DNA of 64,000 nucleotides from Carcharhinus longimanus (GCA_030264375.1 JASCQW010000032.1:35514090-35578089), one strand, 5' to 3'; shown: positions 1 to 11,490, numbered from the stretch's first letter. Program-made: numbers and translations. The notes: a model not told the origin generated them from the letters alone.

Positions 1-133
1 TGCTTTATATGCTCTGTCTGAGGCCAGAACTCTCCATTCACCTGACGAAGAGGCAGTCCCCTCGAAAGCTTGTGAGAGTATTATCAAATAAATAGGTTGG
101 ACTAAAACCTGGTGTTGTCAGACTTTTTACTGT
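1..133 (+). mobile_element. Penelope-like element pseudo-LTR fragment
   Basis: Similar to 54195-54512 and to the reverse-strand copies at 7870-8003 and 35878-35956 (…aaataaa…gttggact…aacctggtgttgt…gact…ttac); contains a hammerhead core. Confidence 0.8.
38..75 (+). ncRNA. Minimal type I hammerhead ribozyme (Penelope-associated)
   Basis: tcac-CTGACGA-A-GAGG(cagtcc)CCTC-GAAA-GCTT-gtga: intact CUGANGA and GAAA core, stem II, stem I tcac/gtga, palindromic AGCU stem III, NUH triplet CUU. Confidence 0.75.
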
Positions 134-287
134 ATAAGAGTAGCATGACAGAGATAAGCAATTCATTGTGTTTGATTTCAAAAAAAGAAGTAAATAACTA
201 TGATCTGTAGCAGATACAAAGTAAATCGTAAAACTCATTTTGCTGTGCTTTCTGCTTTAAAGTTTTCATCCTGTTTTCCTATTGTAG

Positions 288-460
288 GTTCTGATTCCCA
301 CGCTGTACACCCTGCCCACTATAATCTGAACAAAGAGAATCCAGATGGACAGCTGGATGAGGACAGCAACGTGGACAGCAAATCTTCTCTTGATTTTGGC
401 ACTGCGTTTGGCGCTGATGACCCCGGAAAACCAACAGTCAGGTTAGAAAGGCAGCAATAA
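288..460 (+). CDS. Probable terminal coding exon of an unidentified gene (GSDSHAVHPAHYNLNKENPDGQLDEDSNVDSKSSLDFGTAFGADDPGKPTVRLERQQ*)
   Basis: Polypyrimidine tract with AG at 286-287 (phase 1), open frame to TAA at 458-460, non-repetitive, followed by an AT-rich UTR with AATAAA. Confidence 0.65.
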
Positions 461-662
461 AACTGAACGGAAAATACTGTAAATCTGAGAAAGGAAACTC
501 TGGAAATGCACAACAAATCATATCTGAAGAGAAAAGACAGGCTATAGAATTTTGGATGCGTTCCCTGCTCTCAAATTTATGTCTTGGCCTTTCCTCTTCC
601 CAAATGTTGTATTTTCCAGAGCTTTCTGCATTGTTTTTATATTGTAATATGAAGCATGTGTT

Positions 663-668
663 AATAAA
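663..668 (+). terminator. Polyadenylation signal AATAAA of the upstream gene
   Basis: About 200 nt after the stop codon, followed by a T-rich tract. Confidence 0.5.
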
Positions 669-1622
669 ACAGAGTTGCATTTTTTAAGTTACTGAAAGAT
701 ATGGACTGTAACTTCTGATGGTGTGGCAGTTGAGTCAGAATGCTCTTTACTCGCAAATCCTTACCTTGAAATCCAGGTGATTCTATCTTGCCTGACCTTT
801 CAGATCAGTTTGAGCGAGGTCTGGACTATGCAGCTCATCTCTGGGATCTAGCATTAATAGCTGCGGAGTCAAAGGAAAGTAAGATGCGCTCCTTTATTAT
901 GGTACTAGCTGCTGTAGATCAGTTAAGTTTAAAGTCAAGCCAGCCTTAAAGGTTTTTGACAAGGTAAGTGTACAATGAGTAGATCTGGGGGTGGGTGAGG
1001 GGTTTTTGCAGGTATTGTTGGATTGGGCCTTGTGCCTGGTGGGGATTGAGTTGGGCCAATCCCTGGAGGGTGTTGGATCGGGTCAGATGGAGTCTTGAGG
1101 GGATGGGATTGGGAGCAGGTTGGGCTTTTGAAGGGAATTGGTTTTTCGGGGGTGTGGGGGAGGAATCATGTTGGGTAGGGCTTCATGTGGATGGTGGGTG
1201 GGTCCTATGGGATAACAAGGAGTCACTTGTAGGTGAGAAACCTGTGGAGGAGCTGGGAAATCCTGTGGCAGGGAGTAGTTGAGGAGTGGAGGGAGTCCTT
1301 TGTGGGTTTATGCAACAGAGCCAAGTCCCAAGGGGATACCAGAATGGATTTGTACAATAGATATCTAGAAGCTAGAGGTAGTTTTAATTTTTCTAATTGT
1401 TTCTGGGTAACTATTGATGTAACAAAGTCAGAACAATCTGAAGTTTGTGATTTAATTCACAATTTTCAGATGGTTCCAGGTGTAGGGCAATTGCATTTTC
1501 CAAGCAGTTGCCATGCAGACTTTATCTGGAAACCTTCAGGTGGAGTTTGGGGGGAAGTTACAACCCTCTGAAGCCGAGCAGCTTTTAAATGATAGGCATG
1601 AAGAACAGAATTTGGAGGGTTT

Positions 1623-2578
1623 CCTGCCCTCCATCTGAAGAGTCAACAGGGAACATATTCACACTGATACTGGCTATCCCACAGCCACTAACTGTTTGTC
1701 GGAGCTTTAATTGGCTGAGCGTGAGACTTTGTCCCAATTTGGGAAGGAAGTCCCACCTTAGACAGCTGGTAACCAATCAGATTGGCCAACAGCTCTGTAG
1801 TTCCAGCAGCATAGAATCCCTACAGTGTAGAAGGAGGCCATTCAGCCCGTTGAGCCTACACCGACAACAGTCCCACCCAGGCCCTATCCCCATAACCCAA
1901 AGTGTTCACGCTACTCATTTCCCTAACACTAAGTGGCAATATAATTTGGTTAATCTACCTCAGCCTGCGTAACTTTGGAAGAAATCCAGACACTTGGAGG
2001 AAATCCACATAGTCAAAGGGAGAATGTCCAAACTCCACACAGTCACCTGAGGCTAGAATTGAACCTGGATGCCTGGTGCTGTGAAGTAGCAGTGCTAACC
2101 ATTCTGCCACCGCGTTGCTCTCGAGTTAGTTCCCAAAGATGTGGAGGCTGGAATGATGGTAAGTCTAGGGAATTGACCAGACCTTATTGGCATACCCCAA
2201 TGAGGGGAGTGAAGGGATTTGTGTACCAGGCTTGAGGGGCTAGTGGTGGGGGGATAAAAGGACAATGATTTTGCCTTTGATTGCACAGTGTTCCTCCAGA
2301 GGAGGAGCCCCACCTTGCCTGATACCAGCCTGTGCTAAAGCTGTTGGATTACCTTCTTGGTGTGGGCTGTTTCCTTTTACAGGTAAAATAGATTGCTGTT
2401 GGGACCACAGAGCTGCTGGCCAATCTGGCTGACAGCTGTCTAAGGTGGGTCTTCCTTCCCAACTTGGGACAAACTCTCACCCTCAGCCAGTTGTAGCTCT
2501 GTCAAACATTAAGTGGTTGTGGGGCAGCCAATATTGGTGGGAACATGTACCCCGTCGACTCTTCGGATGGAGAGCAGG
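1623..2578. repeat. Long inverted repeat pair (arms ~1623-1811 and 2394-2578) of a MITE-like family
   Basis: The reverse complement of the right arm aligns along the whole left arm with scattered mismatches. Confidence 0.8.
1810..2113 (-). mobile_element. HE1-type tRNA-derived V-SINE
   Basis: catagaatccctacagtg tail; reverse A/B boxes (gaattgaacc…cagtgctaacc…tgccacc). Confidence 0.85.
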
Positions 2579-3114
2579 ATAAGGCATTTAAGTGGCTATT
2601 AATTGACCACTTCCTCCGCCTTTAAACTCATTGACAGGGGAGCATAACATTCCATCCAGCGAAACAATAATTGCACTTTGGGTCATATTGCAAAATAACT
2701 CAAACCTCTGTACTTAACATCTCTATCCTTCTTCCCAGTTTTCTATCTGAGCACAATCTCAACATTGCTGGCAACAAATCCCATTGTTTTGTTACTTTAA
2801 TGAAAGGTCAGTTTGTACAAACTGTTCCACTATTGTACGCCGCCTTTGTTTTCTTTTACCAAATATCTCGGGTCTTTTCTAGTTTGAGCTTCAACTGTGA
2901 TACTTGCCAAGTCAGACTGTTGACAATAATGAGATTTTTATGGTGGAATAAAAACTTTAATGCAGATTGAAATGAATAGAACTGAGCTTACCTTCTGCAG
3001 TGATGGACATGACAAACTGTTCCTCTTTGACCAAATTTCATGAGTCACGTAGAAAGTAACTGACAATTAACTGATCACATTCTTGTTAGTATACAAAGTT
3101 CATTGTTATACAGT

Positions 3115-3322
3115 ATAAAAGCAAATTACTGTGGATGCTGGAATTTGAAACTTAAAGAGAAAATGCTGGAAAATCTCAGCAGGACTGGCAGCACCTTCAG
3201 AAGAAATAGGAGCTGACATTTGGAGTCCAGATGACTCTTTGTCAAAGCTTTGACAAAGAGTCATCTGGACTTGAAACATCAGCTCCTTTCTCTCCTTTAC
3301 AGATGCTGTCACACCTGCTGAA
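3115..3322. mobile_element. Palindromic non-autonomous Penelope-derived insertion with 13-bp target-site duplication
   Basis: attgttatacagt at 3102-3114 and 3323-3335; perfect 48-bp palindrome at 3224-3271; degenerate hammerhead core in each arm. Confidence 0.75.
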
Positions 3323-3734
3323 ATTGTTATACAGTGTTAGGTTTGGTATTGAATTTGCACCAAATTATCATTAAGTTCATTACTTGTTAGAATGAGACTG
3401 CCCCCAAAGGTCTTTTCACTGTGTTGTTCTGATGATGTTTTTCAATTGCACTTTATAATTTTGAGTCTAATTTGCACTTGCCACATTTGTCATGGGAAGA
3501 TGATAGATATCTCTGGATTATACTTTTTTATTGAATGCCTGTTTCTTGTGTAGCCCAATCCATATTTATTGTAACAATTTGGCTGGATCATTACACATTT
3601 TCACAATATGTGGTTTTTAATGTACAAGTGTATTGGTAATTTGTAATCTAATTATTAAAATTCCTATTTGCATTAGAGTACACTGTAACAAATTAAAATT
3701 AGTTTTGAATATGATGTCCATTATTATTTTTGAA

Positions 3735-5005
3735 ATAAAAACAGGAAATTCTGGAAATATTCACAGGGCTGGCAGCATCTGTAGAAAGAGAAACTGATTT
3801 AATATTTTTAGTTGAATGTGTTAAATATGCCTCCAGTTCGGAGGGAGATAGAAATTAGATGGTTTTATGCTGTTGGAAGAAGGAGGGGTGGAAGAACTAA
3901 AAGCAAAATCTTGGATGGGTAGAGAATGGAGAGATTAAGTAATAAAGATGTCATGGGTAATGCTTTTGATAAAGAAACAAAGTAATGGTCCAGAATGAAT
4001 GTTAATGGCAGGACAGTGAGCATCTCTATCTGAAGGCAAAAGTGTGAAACAAGTTACAGACTGAGACTTGGCAAAAAAAAATCAACAACTCAAAATGGAG
4101 GACAGAGTTCATGGTCCGAAGCTGTTGAATTCAACAGCTAAGTCTAAAGCTGTAAAATACCGAATTGCAAGATGAAGTACTTCCTGTTCCTCAAGCTTGC
4201 ATTGAGGTTCACTAGACCATTACAGCAGACTAAGGATAAAAGTGTGAGCAGGAGGGCAAGATTGTGAAGTAAAATTAAATAGAAGGTCACAATCATGCTT
4301 GCAGTCTGAGTGAAGGTTTTCTGCAGTAGGGTCAGCTAGGCTGTGTTTGAGTTCCCTACTATAGAGGACACTGCATTGCGAGTGTTCAGTACAGTGTACT
4401 AAATTGAAAGAAGTACGTATTGCTGCTTCTACTGGAAGAAGTGCTTGGAGCCTTGGCCTCTTTTTAGGAAAAAAGAGGCCAAGGCTCCAAGCACTTCTTC
4501 CAGTAGAAGGATCATGGGTAGATAATGATTGCACGGAAGGTGCTGTCAGAAGGGGAGGGGGGTGAGGTGTCGGGGATGAAGGAGGAGTAAACTAAGGTGT
4601 TGTGGAAGCAATGTTCCCATCAGAATGCTGATGGAGTAGGAGAGAGGAATATATGTTTTGTGGCAGCAGCACACTGGAGATGACAGAGGTGGTGGAGAAA
4701 GATTCTGTTAATATAGAGGTTGGTGGAGTGAGAAGTGAAGACAAGGCGAACCTTATCACAGTTCTTGGGGTGAGGGAGGGGGAGGATCGCAAGCAGAAGT
4801 TTGAGAAATGGGTTGGACACGTTTGAGAATTCTGTCAACCATAGTGGAGATTGGGATCCACGGTTAAGAAAAAAGAAAGAGAATGTTGGAAGGACCATTG
4901 TGGAAGATAACATCATTTGAACTGATGTGATGGAGAAGGAGAAACTGGGAAAATGCAGTGGAGCCCTTACAGGTATCAGAGTGTGAGGAAGTGTAGTTGA
5001 GGTAG
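3735..5005 (-). mobile_element. Decayed Penelope-like element (RT C-terminus, GIY-YIG endonuclease, 3' end)
   Basis: Minus frame TSFNLVHCTEHSQCSVLYSRELKHSLADPTAENLH resembles the GIY-YIG motif NLVYCIxCxxCxxLYIGET; terminus shared with 3115-3220. Confidence 0.8.
4426..4509. repeat. Perfect inverted repeat, 40-bp arms with 4-nt loop
   Basis: 4426-4465 is the exact reverse complement of 4470-4509; loop agga. Confidence 0.95.
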
Positions 5006-5009
5006 CTCA

Positions 5010-5217
5010 AAGAAAGGTGGTTATGGTTTAGAAGGTCAATCATCTCAGTCCTAATACATCACTGTAGGAGTTCTTCAGGGAATTGTCTTCAGTCCAACCA
5101 ACTTCAGCTGCTTCATCACTGATCTCCCATCCATCATAAGGTCAGAAGTGGGGATGCTTGCTGATGATTACACAATGTTCAACACCATTTGCTGCTCCTT
5201 GGATACTGAAGCAGTCC
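5010..5217 (+). mobile_element. CR1-clade LINE reverse transcriptase fragment (second family)
   Basis: Translates GVLQGIVFSPTNFSCFITDLPSIIRSEVGMLADD (GVPQG…FADD motifs). Confidence 0.8.
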
Positions 5218-6098
5218 TTTCGCTAAAAATAGTATGAAATGGAAAGAATAATTCCACAAACATTAATAGACTGAAAATTTAAAAAGCAAACAACAAAGAT
5301 TGACTTAAAAATCTTAAAAGAGCTTAAAAAAGAGGGAAAAATTAGTCTGTGAGAAAGCTAGCTAGAAATATAACAGTTTATAGTCGGGATTGAAGCTAGT
5401 GGGTGGAATTTAATGCATCTGTAAGGAGCAAGGTAAAATCATTAATCAGTGGAAAGGCTCAGGGTGGACAGCTGTCACTTTCCCAACTCTGTCCCCTCAA
5501 GGGCAGGGAAGATAGAAACCAGTCTTTCTCCCGTTTGGCCAATTAACTAAGTAGCCAGTTAAGGGCCAGTTTAGGGCCTAATCCCACCAGATATATNNNN
5601 NNNNNNNNNNNNNNNNNNNNNNNNNNNNNNNNNNNNNNNNNNNNNNNNNNNNNNNNNNNNNNNNNNNNNNNNNNNNNNNNNNNNNNNNNNNNNNNNNNNN
5701 NNNNNNNNNNNNNNNNNNNNNNNNNNNNNNNNNNNNNNNNNNNNNNNNNNNNNNNNNNNNNNNNNNNNNNNNNNNNNNNNNNNNNNNNNNNNNNNNNNNN
5801 NNNNNNNNNNNNNNNNNNNNNNNNNNNNNNNNNNNNNNNNNNNNNNNNNNNNNNNNNNNNNNNNNNNNNNNNNNNNNNNNNNNNNNNNNNNNNNNNNNNN
5901 NNNNNNNNNNNNNNNNNNNNNNNNNNNNNNNNNNNNNNNNNNNNNNNNNNNNNNNNNNNNNNNNNNNNNNNNNNNNNNNNNNNNNNNNNNNNNNNNNNNN
6001 NNNNNNNNNNNNNNNNNNNNNNNNNNNNNNNNNNNNNNNNNNNNNNNNNNNNNNNNNNNNNNNNNNNNNNNNNNNNNNNNNNNNNNNNNNNNNNNNNN

Positions 6099-6295
6099 TA
6101 CCCTGCTCCCCCTCACCCATTCATACCAACTACCCTGCTCCCCCTCACCCATTCTCACCAACTACCCTGCTTCCCACCCCCACCGTCCACATCAACTACC
6201 CTGTTCCCCTAACCCCATGCACATCCACTATTCTGCTCCCCCTCTCCACCATCCACATCCATTACCCTGCTCTCTCCGCCCCCACCATCTACATT
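6099..6295 (+). repeat. 32-bp C-rich minisatellite beside an assembly gap
   Basis: Units at 6099-6130 and 6131-6162 are nearly identical; later units decay. Confidence 0.85.
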
Positions 6296-7134
6296 CTCTA
6301 TTGCCTTGAACACAGTGCCTTGAATTTTCTTTAACAGTCAGAAGTGATATATCAATCACACACAATGACAAGACAGTTGGTGATCATTAGCGAAATCAGC
6401 CCCTTCCATCTATGAGTCCAACTGTGCTCCCACTAGCAATGACCAGTGTGAATGCCGACTGGAAGCAGTTAGCAGCAAAATCAGATAACATTAGGTAGGA
6501 CTGTCCGGCAATAAAGTTGTAAAATATTCAGCAGAAATCCCTGCACCTAACACATATGCCCTGAAAAGACGATGTTGCTTGGCTAACGTTGAAGAAGTTG
6601 TCAAAATAGATGTGGAAAGACCTTAGAGATGCTAAAAAGAAATGACTGATGTAGACAAAACTGCTGACTGTAGGCAATGCAAGATTGCAGCAGAACAAGA
6701 TTGTAACTGCAGGATTTATCTGTGTTCAAAGAAAATGTTGATGCAGCTCTTTGTGAAGTTTCTCTTCCGAGAAAATAAGAGAATGCCCTTTTCTCTCCAT
6801 ATTCAACAGCCCAGCAATGAATATATGGTTTTGGGAATTACGTACTTCAAAGCCTCATATTGTCATCATTTTGCCATTGGATCATCTCTCTTTTTTTAGT
6901 TACAATGAATTTTACCAACATCATGTCATTCTGAAATCACGAGCTTAATCAATATGATTGTACACCTCAGACTGTTCTGAGACAGGCTTGGTACAATATG
7001 GCAGACTTCTTGCAAAGGAAGATGAATTAAAGCCAACAAATTGCACTGCTAGATTTGTGATAGATCCATAGCCATTATGATTTTACCATGCTCAAATTTG
7101 ATCATTAAAATATATAGATTGATTTCAAATGCTA

Positions 7135-7381
7135 TCATAGAATCTACAGTGCAAAAGGAAGCCATTTGCCCATCGAGCCTGCACTGACAACAATTCCATC
7201 TAGGTCCTGTCCTATTCCCATAACCCCACATATTTATCCTCCTACTCCCCAGGACAACTTGGCATGGCCAATCAATCTAACCTGCCCATATTTGGATTGT
7301 GGGCGGAACATTGACCTGAGGCTGGAATTGAACCTGGGTCCCTGGTGCTGTGAGGCAGCAGTGCTAACCACTGTGCCGCCC
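7135..7381 (-). mobile_element. HE1-type SINE, internally deleted
   Basis: Same tail and tRNA head as other copies. Confidence 0.8.
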
Positions 7382-7869
7382 TCATGATTTAATTATTAGT
7401 TTAAAAATTGGTGAGCTGAAAACAATGCAGTGCAATCTGGACTTTGACATTTGTAACTGAATTTTATCCTGACTCACAGGCTGGAATTCTTTAGCAGTTC
7501 ACCCCCAGCCCCACTGCTGCCAGCAAAAACAGAGAATTTGGAGCTCAGTCAAATCTCCACTTACTGCAGTGGGACTGACGAATCCCTGCTGTGGACAAGA
7601 TTAGACAATCTGGCCCAAATTTTTGGATTTTACTAGCCCTTTGGGAACAGACTGTGAGGCTGGGTGAGGCCTGTAAAAAGGCTGAGAAGCTAGGGTGGAG
7701 TGCTTATTGCTTTCTCACTGACAGAACGTTTCACTAATAGCAGGAAAGATGGGAATGACCGAATTGCCCAGAGACTAATTGAAATACTTAAATAACCAAT
7801 GAAAGACTTTTACCCACTATTGCTGTTATTTTAGCTGCAGTAGGTGGGCCTTCTGCCATGCGAGGAGAC

Positions 7870-8003
7870 CATGATGTGGAGAGGCTTACGTTGGACTGGG
7901 GTAAACACAGTAAGAAATCTCACAACGCCAGGTTAAAGTCCAACAAGTTTATTTGATAGTAAATGCCACAAGCTTTCAGAACGCTGTTCCTTCGTTAGGT
8001 GAA
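7870..8003 (-). mobile_element. Penelope pseudo-LTR fragment with mutated hammerhead (CUAACGA)
   Basis: Reverse complement reads tcacCTAACGAaggaacagcgttctGAAAgcttgtgg…ccagtccaacg…ctccacatcatg. Confidence 0.75.
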
Positions 8004-8084
8004 CTTTCCACTCACTTTGGACGCAGAAACACTTGGACAATCCCTGTGGAAAATCACCCTCAGTAGTTTTATTTCTTCTTCATT

Positions 8085-8536
8085 CACTCATGTGATATCA
8101 GTGTCATAGGAAAGGCAAACGTTTAGAACTCATTCCTAATTTCTGTATGAAAATGGTGATGAGTTGCTTTGTTGAAGTAATTTGTGTGGAATGGATCCAT
8201 GCACAATTCTGTTAGGCAGGGACATCCAGGATTTTGACCCTACACTAGTAATGGAATGATATATTTCTAAGTTAGAATTGTGTAAGTTGGAGGGAAATTT
8301 GCAGATGGTGGTGTTCCATTGCCTCTACTACCCTTGTTTTTCTCAATGGTATAGATTGCAGGTTTAGAAGATGTTATCAAAGGACCTTGGATCAGTTGCT
8401 AAAGTACATCCTGTAGACAGTACATACTGCTGCTACAGTGCCTCAGTGATAGGAGGAGTGAATGTTTACAGTGGTGAATGGGGTACTGATCAAATGGCTG
8501 CCTTGTCCTGGATGCTGCCAAGCTTCCTGAATGTTG
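8085..8536 (-). mobile_element. CR1-clade LINE 3' fragment (second family)
   Basis: Similar to 52065-52450. Confidence 0.65.
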
Positions 8537-11490
8537 TGTGATGATACTGTGCTATTAACATATTTTATGTTTAAGAGGGATTTGCTTTAAGTGGCAATGT
8601 TTTGTTACAAGCAGTTGGTTTGTCTGGCAGGAATGCAGAAGATGCTGTGAATGCAGGAAAATTACTCATTTTAGCCATGTAAGTGTTTATTTAGCAGAAG
8701 GCTTAATGGGATTTTTAAAAATTGAAGTAATAAGGTGAATTGGGTACACAGAGATAGAGTCGTGTGATACTGGAAATGTGAGGAAATAGACTTGTTGAAA
8801 AAATCTTTTAATTTTGAAATAAAGAACACTTGCTATCTGGAGCTGTTAGAAAGAAGAGACTCTTTCTCTTTCTCTCTCTCCAAAAGTTTTATCAAATTTC
8901 CAAAACTATTAACATAGGTTAAAACAAGTAGGCCTGGGTTTTGCTAACTATGTTTAAAGTACGTTTTAAGTCAATGAAAAATGTTGCTTGATTTGAACTG
9001 ATATAGTTTCTTTTCATTTTGAGTATTGCTCAACTGTTAAAGATTAAGTTAATTTATTTGTAATAGTTAAACTGTGTTATTAAATAAAGTTTGTTTTGAT
9101 AAAAGCTCCCTGATTTGTCAGTGGAATCACACCTGGAGCAAAACATCCTATCCTCACATTAATGTCAAAATAAAATAATCGTTGGGGTCTAGTCTGGCTT
9201 TGTAATATATCTTGGGGTTTCTTATCCAACTTCCTAACAAATATTGGGGACTCTTGCTGGGATTAAAACTATAATTCCCTGTTTGTTTTAGGTTTATTGA
9301 ATGCAAAGACAATGAGTTTGAGGAACTGGTGTTTTTTTTTTCAGGTAGTGCAGTTAGTTTCAAATGGAGTGCCTTGTGGAAAAATGGTTGTTTCTGTAGC
9401 TGAAGATTTCCTGGGTGTGGAGGGGGGTCACGTGGAGGGGGGTCACTCGGAGTGGTTTGCAAAAGATGGTTAAAACAAAGCAAATAAGCTGAAGTTGACT
9501 TTGTTTGAAAGGGTGAGGAAGAACAGGATAATTTTAGTGATAGTTTGGCATTTAAATTTGCTAGAAGCACAGTTTGAATCATTGGAACTGTCTGGAATTC
9601 AATTACGAATGAAATAGGTGCAACAAGTAAAATAATTGAAACAGTTGCAACAAGAAAAAGAAATTAGACAGCTTGAGTTACAATTAGAAACAATAGAAAG
9701 GGAAAGAGAGTAGTCCTGGCAGAGCTAAAGGAACATAAGGAATAGGAGCAGGAGTAGGCCATCTAGCCCTTCGAGCCTGCCCCGCCATTCAGTAAGATCA
9801 TGGCTGANNNNNNNNNNNNNNNNNNNNNNNNNNNNNNNNNNNNNNNNNNNNNNNNNNNNNNNNNNNNNNNNNNNNNNNNNNNNNNNNNNNNNNNNNNNNN
9901 NNNNNNNCGCACTTGCCAACATTAAATTCCATTTGCCATTTCCTGGCCCATTCGCCCAGCCTATCTAGATCCTTCTGTAGACTCGAGAGAGAGAGAGAGG
10001 AAAGGGAAAAAGAGAGAGCTTTTGAGCTACGGAAACTAGGACCGAAAAGAGAATGCCAACATAAACTGATGTAGGCAAAAGTGAAAGTTGAGAAAAATGA
10101 TGAGGTAAGTGAGGAAGAATGAACACATCTTAGTCAAAAGCGTGGTGGGGATATGCTTGACATATTTAAGCACTACCAAAGTTTGACAAAGAGGGACGTA
10201 GAAACCTTTTTCATTTAAATTTAAGCCATTTTAAGTGCATATGAACTAATACCAGAAGCCTACAGACAGAGGTTTAAAAATCTAAAGAAGAAATCAGGTC
10301 AGATGTGTATAGAATTTGAAAGAATCAAACAAAATATTTTAAAAGGTGGTTAAGAGCATTGAAAATAGACGAGACGTATGTGGCTTTTAGGGAAACAATT
10401 ATTTTGAAGGAGTTTAAAAATTCATTTCCTGAAGTAGTGAAAATTCACATGGCAGAGCAACCTGCCAAGATTGGTAGCAGAAATAACAGATGATTTTGAG
10501 TTAGGTCACAAATCACAGTTTGGTTTTCAACCTCAATTTCGATCTGTGAGGGATAGAAACTGCAGAAAGGAGAAATCTCGGGTGGTCAAGACAAAGGAGG
10601 TCTCATTGGAGATGGTAAGGATAGTTTACTTTAGGTTAAAAAAAACACGTGAAGGTGGGAAAGAGAACAGACACTTCAGATGTTTTCATTGTAGTGAAGT
10701 TGGACTCAAAGTCGCAGAGTTGGTGGCTTAAGAAAAGTACTGGGAAGACAGATGTGGTAAAATGGGATAAGCTAGTGGGGTTTGTTTAATTGGCAAATGA
10801 AATAATGGTTGAAGTGGAAGATGTGCAAAAGAATGTACAGCTTGTTCAGAGGTTGGTTGATCAACAAGTTCTAGATCGTTTTAAAGATTTTGTTTTCGTG
10901 GGTAAGAATTACTCATTTGTATAAGGAGGAGTAGGGAAGGAAATAAAGATCTTGAAAGATATAGGATCAAGTCAATCTTTAATAGTGAAAGGTGAGGAGA
11001 TATGTAGTTTGGAAAATGTATTGCCAGAAAAGGTGATGACGTGGAATTAATGGTGAAAAGAGTAGTGTTCCATTATGTAAGGAAAGGTTGGAGAGTCCAG
11101 TGAAAGGTGGTGGTAGGAATAATAATGAAATTATCTTTTCAGTGGCATGGTTTATCCTGGGTAATGATATAGCTGGATCACAGGTGAGATTGATGCTTAC
11201 AGTGGTTGAAAAGCCAGTGGAAAATTAGAAAACTGAGGTGTTAAAACATATTTTGTTTTGCGACTGTGTGGTAACAATACCCAAAAACCACAGGTCGATA
11301 CAGGAGGAGGAGAAATCAAAGAGTGAAGATAAGGACGCTGACGTTCAGTTATCAGAAATAATGTTTGCCCAGATAGATGAATGGTAAAGGACAAGAACAG
11401 GTGGAGGTTAAAGCAGATATCTTTAGTTCAGGAAAGTTGGCAGTTTTACAACAGAGAGATGTAGAGATAAAGCAATTATGTGAGAAAGTT
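8537..11490 (+). mobile_element. Decayed Gmr1-like Gypsy LTR retrotransposon (5' LTR, primer-binding site, SCAN-type gag, zinc knuckle, protease)
   Basis: LTR-like segment ~8537-9239 with AATAAA; degenerate tRNA-Pro PBS tggggactcttgctgggat at ~9246; LSAYELIPEAYRQRFKNL (~10230-10285); CFHC knuckle (~10680); ILKDIGSSQSL and ILGNDIAG protease motifs; many stops. Confidence 0.8.
9727..9982 (-). mobile_element. HER1/CR1 LINE inserted in the Gypsy gag (spans a gap)
   Basis: CR1 3' end aacataaggaataggagcaggagtaggcc…. Confidence 0.75.

Noticed and set aside
5571-6161. Long ORFs in the track here and at 52523-53047 and 40839-41405
   Set aside because: Artefacts of translating through N gaps
6099-6295. 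CRISPR-like array
   Set aside because: Tandem minisatellite without unique spacers, in a vertebrate genome
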